A program made the position numbers and the translations under genes. The notes beneath the pieces are model-generated. The model was not told the DNA's origin, searched no databases, and saw only the letters and a list, made by a program, of their open reading frames with translations. From NCBI GenBank assembly GCA_963738685.1, contig CAVTXK010000002.1, positions 1,042,602 through 1,106,601 of the forward strand: a stretch of 64,000 nucleotides of DNA, read 5' to 3'. This DNA comes from an uncultured Chloroflexia bacterium. GTDB lineage: Bacteria; Chloroflexota; Limnocylindria; Limnocylindrales; CSP1-4. Below, in pieces: positions 18,408-30,015 of the stretch (the stretch's first letter is position 1; the number at the start of each line of letters is the position of its first letter).

Positions 18408-20071
18408 GCGCGTTCGATGGCCTCCTCGATCAAGCGTACGACGCGGGCGGTGCCGCCGCGCAGATCCTCGCGCAGCATCCGTCGCTGCATCTCGCGACGT
18501 CCTTCCGTATTGTCCACGAGGTCGACGAATGCTCGTCGGATCGCTTCGTCGGGGACCTCGGAGCCGAGGCCGAGGTGCCGGAATCCGTGCGCCTCCGAGG
18601 CGAACGTGTGGGTCATCTCGCGGCGGTTCTGGGCGAGCACGATCGCCGGCGTCCCGATGCTGGCGATCTCGAAGATCGTGCGTCCCGCCGACGTGACGAC
18701 GATATCGGCGGCCTGCATCCGCTCGGCCATGTCGCTGACGGCGCGCTCGACGATGAGCTGGGGTGGGTCGCTGGCCGGTGGCTGGTTCGCGTAGCCGCGG
18801 CCGAGCACCACGTCGATGACGATGCCGCGTTCGGCCGCGACCGGCGCGATGGAGCGGGTGACCCGCGCCGTCAGGTCCGACGGATCGACCCCGCCGAAGG
18901 TCACGAGCACGCGCCGAACGGTCTCGTCGACCGGACGAGGGTCGACGGCCCGGAACTCCGGTCGCGCCATGAAGTATCGAGCGCCCACGTGGTGGCCGGG
19001 TCGGGGCTCGGCCTCCGGGTAGATGGCGTTGATCACCAGGTCCGCCTCACGCGCGCCGTCGCCGAGGTCCTCGAACGAGATGACCGTGATACCGGCCGCC
19101 TTGAGCCGGGTCGTGGCTTCGGCTGTGGTGTCCAGGCGATCGTTGATGACGACGTCGGGCGCCAGCCCGATCGCGTCGCCGACGAGGTCGTCGCCGGTGG
19201 AGCGGATCACCTCGTAGTGATGCGCCGCCAGGACCTGCTCGGCGAGATCGCTCCGGGCATCGACGAGGAACCGCACCCGATGACGCACGAGCTCGTTGGC
19301 GATGGCGAGGGCGTTCTGGACGTGGCCCAGCCCGATCTCGGGATAGCCCGACACGATGAACAGCAGGTCGCGATGGGCCAGGTGGTACTCGGCCAGCGCC
19401 CAGTCGTCGCGGGTGTCGATGTCGATCGCCTCGCCGCCGCTCACGAGCACGAGGTCGACCCGCTGGCCGAACCGGCTGCCGCTGGCGATGAGACCGCGCT
19501 GGCAGGCGATGAGGCCGCCGGTCTCGCGGTAGACCGGATCGAGGTACTGGCGGTTGACACGCTCTCGATAGAGCGGCTCGTACCGACCGTCCCGCCTGGT
19601 CCAGGTGAGGTGCGTGTCGTCGACGGCCGTCTGGACGGTGTCGAGGCTCGGATCCTCCAGCAGCCGATCGATGACCCGGTCGAGCGTCGCGCTGCGCACG
19701 AGCGGCGAGGTCGGCTGGAACGTGACGATGACGTCGTGCTCGCGGCCCAGGCTCGCCGCGATCTCGGGGTAGGCGGCGCAGATCGTCGCGTCGAGTGTGG
19801 TGGCGTCGCCGGCCATGACGGGATCGCGCCGGTGGGTCAGGGCCCCGAGTCGGCGGGCGGCACCGAGGATCTCATCGTCGTCGCTGCTGACGACCACATC
19901 CGGCCGGTGGCGCGAGCCGAGTGCCGCCCGGATGGCGTAGGCGATGAGCGGCTGCCCACGCAGGGATCGGAGGTTCTTGCGCGGGATCCCCTTGGAGCCC
20001 CCGCGGGCCGGGATGATCACGACCGCGCGTGGCCCGGCCACCCGGGGCACGGCGGCGTCGTCGGCCGTCAC
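18404..20071 (-). CDS. fusion of a CMP-nonulosonate cytidylyltransferase-like domain (NeuA/PseF/SpsF) with a PseG/SpsG-like GT-B domain
   Basis: The N-terminal domain has VVIIPARGGSKGIPRKNLRSLRGQPLIAYAI..FQPTSPL..IDIDTRDDW. The C-terminal domain has LLFIVSGYPEIGLGHVQNALAIANEL..VLVTFGGVDP..VTSAGRTIFEIASIGTPAIVL. The ATGA overlaps with the flanking genes. Confidence 0.8.
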   Translation of the reverse strand: MTADDAAVPRVAGPRAVVIIPARGGSKGIPRKNLRSLRGQPLIAYAIRAALGSRHRPDVVVSSDDDEILGAARRLGALTHRRDPVMAGDATTLDATICAAYPEIAASLGREHDVIVTFQPTSPLVRSATLDRVIDRLLEDPSLDTVQTAVDDTHLTWTRRDGRYEPLYRERVNRQYLDPVYRETGGLIACQRGLIASGSRFGQRVDLVLVSGGEAIDIDTRDDWALAEYHLAHRDLLFIVSGYPEIGLGHVQNALAIANELVRHRVRFLVDARSDLAEQVLAAHHYEVIRSTGDDLVGDAIGLAPDVVINDRLDTTAEATTRLKAAGITVISFEDLGDGAREADLVINAIYPEAEPRPGHHVGARYFMARPEFRAVDPRPVDETVRRVLVTFGGVDPSDLTARVTRSIAPVAAERGIVIDVVLGRGYANQPPASDPPQLIVERAVSDMAERMQAADIVVTSAGRTIFEIASIGTPAIVLAQNRREMTHTFASEAHGFRHLGLGSEVPDEAIRRAFVDLVDNTEGRREMQRRMLREDLRGGTARVVRLIEEAIERA

Positions 20072-21180
20072 GGCAGTGACTCGATCATCGTGCGCATGGT
20101 CGGGAGCGTGGCACGGACGACGTCCCGCGCGGCCTCGTGGCCGGGAAAGCCCCTGACCAGGTCGATTCGCACGCGTTCGACCATGCGGTCCGCCACGTCG
20201 GGCATCCGAAAGGCAATGGACACCGGTCGCCCGAGTCGGTGCGTCACCGGGCGGTACGCGTTCGCGATGCGTGGCAGGTAGCGCAGCGCGAGCCGATACA
20301 GCGGGCCGTCCGCCCGCTCGCCGAACCCCTGGAAGCCCAGCGGACCGAGCGTCCGGAGCATCCCGACGCCGCGCGAGTCCTCGGCGATGAGGTAGCTCGG
20401 GATCCCGTGGCTGATCGCGTACAGGTGCGCGTGGACGCGATAGCCGACGTGCAGGTCGACGGCATCGAATCGCTCGAAGCCCTCGGCCGAGCCGGTGATG
20501 TCGACGTCCTGCCAGCCCAGATCGTCGGCCAGCCTCGTGAACGGCCGTTGGACCCCACGGTGGTGGACGACGGAGCCCTTGGCGCTCGGGAAAGCGGCCG
20601 CCAGTGCACGGGCCAGCCGGACCGCCTGGTCGAAGTACAGCGGGTTGGCCGGCGGGGTGAAGGCGAGGCTCCCGATGGCCGAGGGTCGGTGGATCGGATC
20701 GTCAAGGTGGGCGAGGTCGTACCACGCCGGATCGCCGGTCATCAGGACCCGGTCGAACCCGTTGGCGGCGAGGATGTCCGCCGTCGTCCGGTCGCGCGCT
20801 CCGAGGTGCGCGGTCCGCCCAGCCACCCCATCGACGAACGCCCGTGACGGCCCGTCGAACCGGAACGACGCAAGCTGTCGCGCGGTTCCCGGGACGACGG
20901 AGCTTCCCAGGGCCAGGAGCACGAGCGGCGGATCGCGCTGGGCATCGAGTCCGAGCGGATAGCGCCCCGGCAGGCCGTTGCCGTAGCCCGGCCCGCCGAC
21001 CACGATGACCGCCCGGGCCGACCGCAGGACACTCGCCCGGACCTGGTCGGCGAGTGGGCGCCAGCCCTCCGCGACCTCGAGGGGCTCATCCGGACGGAAC
21101 GTCTCGATCAACCGGCGGCCACGCTCGAAGATCAGCGCGTCGCCGGCGTTGCGCAGGGCCCTATGGAGCAGCAGGTACAT
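20068..21180 (-). CDS. polysaccharide pyruvyl transferase family protein
   Basis: Has LRNAGDALI, VVGGPGYG, LGARDRTTADILAANGFDRVLMTGDPAWY and VGYRVHAHLYAISHGIPSYLI, which I recall as the CsaB/WcaK-type (PS_pyruv_trans) pattern. Confidence 0.7.
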   Translation of the reverse strand: MYLLLHRALRNAGDALIFERGRRLIETFRPDEPLEVAEGWRPLADQVRASVLRSARAVIVVGGPGYGNGLPGRYPLGLDAQRDPPLVLLALGSSVVPGTARQLASFRFDGPSRAFVDGVAGRTAHLGARDRTTADILAANGFDRVLMTGDPAWYDLAHLDDPIHRPSAIGSLAFTPPANPLYFDQAVRLARALAAAFPSAKGSVVHHRGVQRPFTRLADDLGWQDVDITGSAEGFERFDAVDLHVGYRVHAHLYAISHGIPSYLIAEDSRGVGMLRTLGPLGFQGFGERADGPLYRLALRYLPRIANAYRPVTHRLGRPVSIAFRMPDVADRMVERVRIDLVRGFPGHEAARDVVRATLPTMRTMIESLP

Positions 21181-22492
21181 CGGTCCCCATCGAGGTTGGC
21201 CGGTCGGTCGGGACGTCCCTGGTCCCGATCCAGCCGACGACGAGATGCAGCAGGATCGCGTAGGCGACCATCGCGCTCGCCGTGGCCACGGCCGGACCCA
21301 TGATGCCCCAGCCGAGGCCGACGAGACCGATCCCGAGCGCGACGGCCATCGCGAGGACGACCGCCTGGATCGCGAGGTGGTAGCGCTGGCGGTCCCACAG
21401 GCTCAGGAGATTGCCGTAGGCCGACCCCGTGCTGTAGGCCACCATCCCGACGAGGACGACGAGGATCGGGCCGATCGCTTCGATATAGGCGGGCAGGAAG
21501 ATCGGGATGCCGAACCAGGACGCGACGGCGATCGCGAGCGCCCCGAGGCCGGCCAGCATCCCGGCCAGCAGACCCTGACCGCGAGCCATCCGCAACAGCG
21601 TGGCCGCGTCTCGGCCCTCGCCGTGGGCGAAGGCCAGGCGGGGGTAGAACTGCTGGCTGATCATCGTGGGGACGAGCAGGAGGCTCGAGGCGGCGAGTCC
21701 CACCAGGCCGTAGATGCCGAGCGCCTCCTGCCCCAGCAGCGCGAGCACGACCCACCGATCCACGGTCACGAGCAGGACCAGGAGGATGCCGGCGGCCAGG
21801 AGCGGCAGACCGATCGCCATCAACGCCCGAAGGCGAGCGGCGTCCCAGCGGGGGCGCGGTCGGCGAGCCAGGGTTCGGCCGGCCATTGCCAACGCCACGA
21901 GCACGACCGCCACGCGTGCCAACAACAGGCCGTCGATCCCCCAGCCGGCGAGCAGGAGCGTGACACCCACGACGGCTCCGGCCACGCCCTGCACCGCGAG
22001 CTGCACGGACGCGGGCCGGAAGCGGAGCCGGGAACGGAAGAGGACCTGCTCCAGGAGGAACCCCTGCTGCAGGAACACCGCCACCGCGAGCAGGATCAGT
22101 GTCGAGGCGCCGATGCCGTCATCGCCGACCGCCAGCGGGGCGACCACGAGGGTCACCACGGCCGCGAGCAGCCCGGTGGCGATGATGCCGCCAGTGGCGA
22201 TGTCCTCCGTATCGTCGGCGCGGGCGGCGTCGCCGGCACCCAGGGCGCGCGGGATCTCGCGTCCCGCCCCGTTCGGGATCCCGAGGGTGAGGAAGACCGC
22301 GTACTGGAGCAGCAGTGACAAGGCGACCCATGCGCCGAAGTCGACCGGCCCGAGTACCGCCGCAGCAACGAGGTTCAGCACGAGGCGGCCGCCCTGGTCC
22401 AGGGCCGTCGCGCCGGCGAAGAGCGGGAGGTCCCAGCCGGCGGTCGCGACGGTCCGACGCAGTCCGTGGGTGGCGAACCGGGTCGTGGGCAT
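21161..22492 (-). CDS. polysaccharide flippase (Wzx/MOP family) membrane protein
   Basis: 443 aa, almost entirely hydrophobic helices (about 12-14). Sits in a glycan locus; high GC3. Confidence 0.75.
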   Translation of the reverse strand: MPTTRFATHGLRRTVATAGWDLPLFAGATALDQGGRLVLNLVAAAVLGPVDFGAWVALSLLLQYAVFLTLGIPNGAGREIPRALGAGDAARADDTEDIATGGIIATGLLAAVVTLVVAPLAVGDDGIGASTLILLAVAVFLQQGFLLEQVLFRSRLRFRPASVQLAVQGVAGAVVGVTLLLAGWGIDGLLLARVAVVLVALAMAGRTLARRPRPRWDAARLRALMAIGLPLLAAGILLVLLVTVDRWVVLALLGQEALGIYGLVGLAASSLLLVPTMISQQFYPRLAFAHGEGRDAATLLRMARGQGLLAGMLAGLGALAIAVASWFGIPIFLPAYIEAIGPILVVLVGMVAYSTGSAYGNLLSLWDRQRYHLAIQAVVLAMAVALGIGLVGLGWGIMGPAVATASAMVAYAILLHLVVGWIGTRDVPTDRPTSMGTDVPAAP

Positions 22493-24003
22493 CAGGTCGG
22501 ACCGGTGCGCAGCAGGTGGGCGGCGATCCGCTCGGCGACGTGGCCGTCGAGCGGGCCGGTCGCGCGCTCGACGGCGTCCCGGCGGTCGTCGAGGAATCGC
22601 GCCCGCGCCGCCGGATCCGAGACCTCCCGCACGAGGTCTCGCAGCGCGGCGGACTCGCCGACCTCCGGCAGATCGAGGTCGGCGGGCAGGGCGTCATCCT
22701 CGGACGGGCCCCCGACGGCTCCGACCGCGACCGGCGTACCGGCCGCCAGCGCCTCGATGGCGACGGTCGAACGATGCAGCAGGACGAGGTCGGTCCAGTG
22801 GAGCAGCGGGTACAGGGGTTCGTGCCGGGCGAGGCTGACACGAACCGCTGACGGATCGGCCGAGACGCGCCGGCGGACGGCATCCCAACGGCCGTCGCCC
22901 GGATGCAGCTTCACGATGAGGTTCCCCGCCGCCTCCGCCCCGAGCCAGCCGAGCGCCAGATCGAGTAGCGCCAGGTTGCGTTCGAGGTCGTTCGGGCTCA
23001 GGGCCAGAAGGAGCCGGGGCCGGCCGTTGGCGTCGCGCTCCGTGGCGACCTGCGATCCGGCGACCGAGCGATCGGTACGGACCAGGGCATCGAGCCGGGG
23101 ATTGCCCAGGCGCACGAGTCGATCCGGGGGTGCTCCTCCGGCCAGGAGCCACGCATCCGAGGTCTCGCTCCAGGTCGCGAGCTCATCGGCGACGATCGGG
23201 AGGAATCCGAGCCGGTACTGGGGGAGGCCATGCTGGAGCACCAGGGTCCGGATGCCCCGTTCGTGCGCCAGATCCACGGCCAGGCGGCCGAGCCGATGCT
23301 GGTCGCTAGCCAGGACTAGCCAGCGTGGGCGCAGGGCATCGAGGCGGCGGGCGAGTCCTTCGCGCTCGACGGCCAGCCACGGCACCGAGCGCCGGACGAG
23401 GGGCGCAAGGCGCGGCAGCGCCTGGGCGGCGAGGTCGCGGCCTTCCAGCTCGAACCGCGGTGGCCGTGCCACGAGCGCCGTCCAGCGACGACGGGCGGCA
23501 GGAACGGCGCGGCCCCTGGTTCGGACGGCGGCGCGCCAATCACCGACCAACGGCAGCGGGTCCGCGCCGGCGGCGTGCCACGCTTGGCTGGCCCGTGGAT
23601 CGGCGCTGACCGGGCGGTAGGCGTCGGGCGGCAGGGCGGCCGCGACGGCGAGCATCGGCTCGAGACTCGACGGGGTCGCGAGCTCGGACAGGAACGCGAT
23701 CGGGCGGGGGCCCACCCCGGCCGGCGTGCGGATGCGTGCCTGCACCTCCAGGGCGATCAGGCGGGCGGCTCGGTCCGCGCCGCGGGCCTTCAACGCGCCC
23801 TTGAGCCCGGTGCCCTCCAGATCCGAGGGACGGCCGGAGGCCACGGTCGCCACCGGCAGGAGCAGGTTGAAGACCTCGACGCGCAGTGGCCACGCGGGCG
23901 CGAGGTCGCCGATCGCGAGCCGGTCGGTGCCGTCGGGATCGAGCGCCCAATCGGTCGCCCGGTCGATGGCCCACTCGCGGAGGCCCTCGAAGCTCAGGCT
24001 CAT
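22492..24003 (-). CDS. hypothetical protein, possibly a capsule/GT-B-like transferase
   Basis: Only the C-terminal 503 aa of track ORF 22492..24816 look coding. The ATG at 24003 overlaps the upstream stop (ATGA). Contains RWLVLASDQHRLGRLAVDLAHERGIRTLVLQHGLP..ELATWSE..RLVRLGNPRLD..LIVKLHP..LLHRSTVAIEALAAGTPV. No family is confidently recognised. Confidence 0.65.
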   Translation of the reverse strand: MSLSFEGLREWAIDRATDWALDPDGTDRLAIGDLAPAWPLRVEVFNLLLPVATVASGRPSDLEGTGLKGALKARGADRAARLIALEVQARIRTPAGVGPRPIAFLSELATPSSLEPMLAVAAALPPDAYRPVSADPRASQAWHAAGADPLPLVGDWRAAVRTRGRAVPAARRRWTALVARPPRFELEGRDLAAQALPRLAPLVRRSVPWLAVEREGLARRLDALRPRWLVLASDQHRLGRLAVDLAHERGIRTLVLQHGLPQYRLGFLPIVADELATWSETSDAWLLAGGAPPDRLVRLGNPRLDALVRTDRSVAGSQVATERDANGRPRLLLALSPNDLERNLALLDLALGWLGAEAAGNLIVKLHPGDGRWDAVRRRVSADPSAVRVSLARHEPLYPLLHWTDLVLLHRSTVAIEALAAGTPVAVGAVGGPSEDDALPADLDLPEVGESAALRDLVREVSDPAARARFLDDRRDAVERATGPLDGHVAERIAAHLLRTGPT

Positions 24004-25394
24004 GTCGGTGGGGCGGTCGTTGCTCCGCTGGGGACGGCCACCGGTTGCTCCGCGAACGACCCGGACCGCTCCGCCAGGGACACGGCGATCGCGGTGGCCG
24101 CCCCGATGAGCAGCCACTCCAATGGCCCGTTGCGTGGGTTGATGACGTGCGCATTCGTCGTGGCCGCCAGCGGGATCACCGCCGCGCCGATGACGATCCC
24201 CATGCCGGCCCAGCCGATGGACATCCGGTTCGACCGCGAGATGATCGACCACAGGGTGCGGAGCCCGCAGGCGGCGAGGAGGGCCAGGTACAGCCCGAGG
24301 ACGATGAAGCCGTACTCCGCCGCGATGTGGAGATACGACTCGTGCGCGTCGGCGACGACGACCGGACCGGTCGGGTCGAGCTGGTAGCGAAGGACGTTCC
24401 ATTGGAAGGGGCCGACGCCCACGAACGGTGCCGACTGCGCCATCTCGATCGCCAGGTCCCAGAACTCGCCGCGCGATCGGATCTCGGTCTCGGTTGGCGT
24501 GTCGCCGGGATCCGTCACGACGTCGACGGTGGTCTCGGGGTCGGTGATGACGCTCACGGTCCGGCCACCGGCAGTCGTGAACAGGACCGAGGCGGCCAGC
24601 ACGGCCACCGCGATCGCGCCGGTGATGGCGATGCCCCGGAGCTGGCGGCGGCCGATGCGCCCCGGATACAACACCAGCGCGGCCGCCGCGGCGAAGAGGA
24701 TCACGAGGAACGCCATCCGGGTGCCCGTGGCCGACATCCCGTACAGGCAGGCGCTCGCAACGGCCCCGCAGCCGATCGCCCCCAACCGTTCGATGTTGGT
24801 CCGTGCCTTCGACCACAGCTCGAACGCCATGCCGGCACCGACCACCGAGACGACGGAAAGAGCGATCGCGAACCCGTTGCGCCCGAACGTCTTGGCCGTG
24901 AAGCGCTCGAGCTCGCCAGAGAGGGTCGTGTAGATCCCGTTACCGAGCAGGATCACCCCGCCGGCGACGATAGCCAGCCCGAGGAGCCGGCCCGAGCCGA
25001 GCTCGGTCCGCAGGGCGAGCGCCAGGTAGAGCAGCGCGGGGATCCGCCAGACGAGGACCAAGCCACGGATCCCCGCGGCCGGGTCGAGGCCCTCGGCGAG
25101 ATGGACGAACACCGTGACTGACGCCACGGTCGCGAAGCCGATCGCCAGCAGCACCAGCCGCGTGGCCGTGCTCCCGAGGGAGCGCCGCTCGAGGAGCGTG
25201 AGCACCACGGCCCAGGCGATGAGCACGTCGAGCGAGGTGACGACCGGTGCCAGCGTGTCCCGGATGTCATGCGGGTCCAGTGTCATCTGCGGCAGCAGAT
25301 CGTCGACATTTCCCGGGATCGCGAGCGCCCCGAACGCGAGGGCCGGGAGGCGCCAGGAGCTCCGCACGCAGGCCACCGCAAGGGCGGCGACCAT
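24000..25394 (-). CDS. O-antigen ligase / Wzy-like polymerase membrane protein
   Basis: Polytopic membrane protein with a Wzy_C-like motif ADAHESYLHIAAEYGFIVLGLYLALLAA. The first ATG downstream of the upstream gene's stop is at 25394; the N-terminal 146 aa of the track ORF overlap the GT gene and look non-coding. Confidence 0.75.
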   Translation of the reverse strand: MVAALAVACVRSSWRLPALAFGALAIPGNVDDLLPQMTLDPHDIRDTLAPVVTSLDVLIAWAVVLTLLERRSLGSTATRLVLLAIGFATVASVTVFVHLAEGLDPAAGIRGLVLVWRIPALLYLALALRTELGSGRLLGLAIVAGGVILLGNGIYTTLSGELERFTAKTFGRNGFAIALSVVSVVGAGMAFELWSKARTNIERLGAIGCGAVASACLYGMSATGTRMAFLVILFAAAAALVLYPGRIGRRQLRGIAITGAIAVAVLAASVLFTTAGGRTVSVITDPETTVDVVTDPGDTPTETEIRSRGEFWDLAIEMAQSAPFVGVGPFQWNVLRYQLDPTGPVVVADAHESYLHIAAEYGFIVLGLYLALLAACGLRTLWSIISRSNRMSIGWAGMGIVIGAAVIPLAATTNAHVINPRNGPLEWLLIGAATAIAVSLAERSGSFAEQPVAVPSGATTAPPT

Positions 25395-25476
25395 GAGCAG
25401 CCCGGCGACGAGGATAGCCGTGGTCAAGGCGGCTCCGAGCTTGGGGGGATCATGGATCGGTGGGCGGCATTCTAAG

Positions 25477-26601
25477 TCATCGAGAGGGGCCGCCTCGCAT
25501 CCGCCGGAACAGACGCTCGTACTCGTCGGTGACGTGCTCCCAGGAGAAATTCTTCCTGGCCCGTTCCGCGGCCGCATGGGCCAGGGACTCGCGCAGCAGC
25601 GGGTCGGCGGCGACGGCCCTGAGCTCGGCCGCGAGCGCGTCGGGGTCGTTCCGTGCGTAGTAGCGGCCCGCGTCGCCGAGGACCTCACGATGCTCCGGGA
25701 CGTCGTTGGCGATGATCGTTGCGCCGCGGCCCATGGCCTCCACGAGCGCCGGATGCGTGCCACCGACCTCGGTGGCCTGGACGTAGGCCATGGCATTGGA
25801 CTGCAGCTCGGCGTAGCCGTCGCCGAAGACATATCCGGTCAGGATGACGCCAGGCGTCGCGGTCGCGGCCGCCTCGAGGCCCGCCTTGTACTCGGTCGCG
25901 TAGGGCGCATCACCGACGACCACCAGGGGCGCGCCGAGACCGTCGAGGCCGCCCGCCCGACGATACGCCTCGATGACCGTGTGGGCGTTGTTCTCGGGTT
26001 CGAGGCGGCTGACATACAGGAGGTATCGCCCGGCCTCGAGGCCGAACCGCGCGAGCGTCTCGCCGGGCGGTAGCCGCTGGGCGTCACTGCCGTACGGGAT
26101 GTACACCGTGGGCTTACCGAACCGCGTCTCGAACCAATGCGCGATCACGCGCGCGTCGGAGACCAGCACGATCGGCAGCTTGGGTGACAGCCACGCGCAG
26201 GCTTGGTAGTACCAGCGCCCGAGCCGGTTCCACTTGCCTCGTTCCCACTCGAGGCCGTCGACGTTCAGCGCGACCTTTGCGCCGGCCAGGCGGGGAACCA
26301 ACGCGAATGGCGCATTCGCGTTGTTGCAGATGAGCACGACGTCGAAGCGGCGGAAGAGTCCATCGAGCACGGAGAGTCCGGTGTGCGCGACCGTATCGAG
26401 ATACTTGTGACGGATCGTCGGCAGGACCCGGAGGCGCATCCCGCGGTGCTCCCGCAACCCCGCCGGGACACTGTGCGAACGCCCGTACACCGTGACCTCG
26501 TGGCCGCGTTCGACCAGCCGCGCACCGAGCTGTTCGGCGAAGGTCTCGAACCCGCCGTACGCGGCCGGCACGCCGCGTGTTCCCATGATCGCGATCCTCA
26601 T
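25477..26601 (-). CDS. glycosyltransferase family 4 (DUF1972-type N-terminus)
   Basis: Has MRIAIMGTRGVPAAYGGFETFAEQLGARLVERGHEVTVY and the C-terminal GT1 motif ATEVGGTHPALVEAMGRG. Confidence 0.85.
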   Translation of the reverse strand: MRIAIMGTRGVPAAYGGFETFAEQLGARLVERGHEVTVYGRSHSVPAGLREHRGMRLRVLPTIRHKYLDTVAHTGLSVLDGLFRRFDVVLICNNANAPFALVPRLAGAKVALNVDGLEWERGKWNRLGRWYYQACAWLSPKLPIVLVSDARVIAHWFETRFGKPTVYIPYGSDAQRLPPGETLARFGLEAGRYLLYVSRLEPENNAHTVIEAYRRAGGLDGLGAPLVVVGDAPYATEYKAGLEAAATATPGVILTGYVFGDGYAELQSNAMAYVQATEVGGTHPALVEAMGRGATIIANDVPEHREVLGDAGRYYARNDPDALAAELRAVAADPLLRESLAHAAAERARKNFSWEHVTDEYERLFRRMRGGPSR

Positions 26602-26710
26602 CGGTTTTCATGGTACGGGCGAAGCCGGCACGCCGTGGCCCGCGTCCCGAGCTCGAGCGAACGACAGAACCAGCCGATCGCCGCTCGCCGCCACCGGTAC
26701 CCTGTCATTC

Positions 26711-27775
26711 GTGGCGCGCCCGACCATCATCGGCTGGCTGGAATGGCTGCGCGTCGCGGCCATCATCGGCGTCGTGGTCCTGCACGTCCTGAGCCCGGTC
26801 TCCTTCGCCCACGACCGTCTCGAGTCGCACACCTGGGCCTGGGTCAACATCGCCGACTCGGCGTCACGCTGGTGCGTGCCCGTCTTCATCATGGTCAGCG
26901 GGGCCCTGGCGCTGGGCCGGCGGGAGGCGCCGACATGGGACGGCCAGTCGCTCGCGCGGCGGATCGCCCGAGTCGGGGTGCCGCTCATCGCCTGGTCACT
27001 GTTCTACTGGTGGTACGGCAACGCGGTCCGCGGCCGGACGACGACGCCGCCCGAATTCGCCGCCGAGTTCATCAGCGGCTACCCGTACTACCACCTCTAC
27101 TTCCTGTTCGCGATCATCGGCCTGTACGCCATCACGCCGGTGCTGCGCCCGTTCGTGGACCAGGCTTCGGACCGGACACTGGGTTGGGTCACCATCGCGG
27201 CGCTCATCTGGGCGCTGTTGGCCCGGTTGCTGCTCGAGGTCGGTCTCGGCCACTCGGCCAACGCGATCGAGATGTGGTCGCGCTACCTCGGCTACTACCT
27301 GGCCGGTGCGTGGCTGTTCCGGATGGCCCTGCCCTCCGGTGCTCGCTATGCCCCGCTCGTGGCCATCGCCGCGATCGCCGCCACTGCTCTCGGGACTGCC
27401 GCGCTCGTCGCGTGGTCAGGGACACGCGATCAAACCATCCTTTATTCCTACCAGACGCCCCTCACCGTGATCGCCGCGCTCGCGATCTTCCTGTCAGCGC
27501 GGACCTACCTGCCGCAGGCGCCCCGCTGGGTGATCGCGTGGGCCGGCTTGACATTCGGCATCTACCTCATCCATCCGGCGATCCTCACCTACGCCAACCG
27601 GTTCACGCCGCTCGTCCATGGCCCGCTGCCGATGTTCGTCGCCTTCCTCGTCCAGACGGCCATCACGCTCCTCGTGGCAACGGTCCTGACCATGATCATC
27701 GCGCGGATCCCCTGGCTATCGGCCACGGTCGGGGTGGCGGTGCCCCGGCTGGGCGGTCGCTCAGGACGCCCGTGA
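26711..27775 (+). CDS. acyltransferase family 3 (O-acyltransferase) membrane protein
   Basis: GTG at 26711 in the frame of ORF 26492..27775. Has WLEWLRVAAIIGVVVLHV..RWCVPVFIMVSGALAL and about 10 TM helices. Divergent from the GT4 gene. Confidence 0.8.
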   Translation: MARPTIIGWLEWLRVAAIIGVVVLHVLSPVSFAHDRLESHTWAWVNIADSASRWCVPVFIMVSGALALGRREAPTWDGQSLARRIARVGVPLIAWSLFYWWYGNAVRGRTTTPPEFAAEFISGYPYYHLYFLFAIIGLYAITPVLRPFVDQASDRTLGWVTIAALIWALLARLLLEVGLGHSANAIEMWSRYLGYYLAGAWLFRMALPSGARYAPLVAIAAIAATALGTAALVAWSGTRDQTILYSYQTPLTVIAALAIFLSARTYLPQAPRWVIAWAGLTFGIYLIHPAILTYANRFTPLVHGPLPMFVAFLVQTAITLLVATVLTMIIARIPWLSATVGVAVPRLGGRSGRP

Positions 27776-27809
27776 GGGAAGCGCCTGGGAGCGTGACGGC
27801 GGCGGCAGG

Positions 27810-29973
<2,164 letters not shown>

Positions 29974-30015
29974 CATGGACCCACATCGAGCCGAATCACC
30001 AAGGAGCATCACCCC

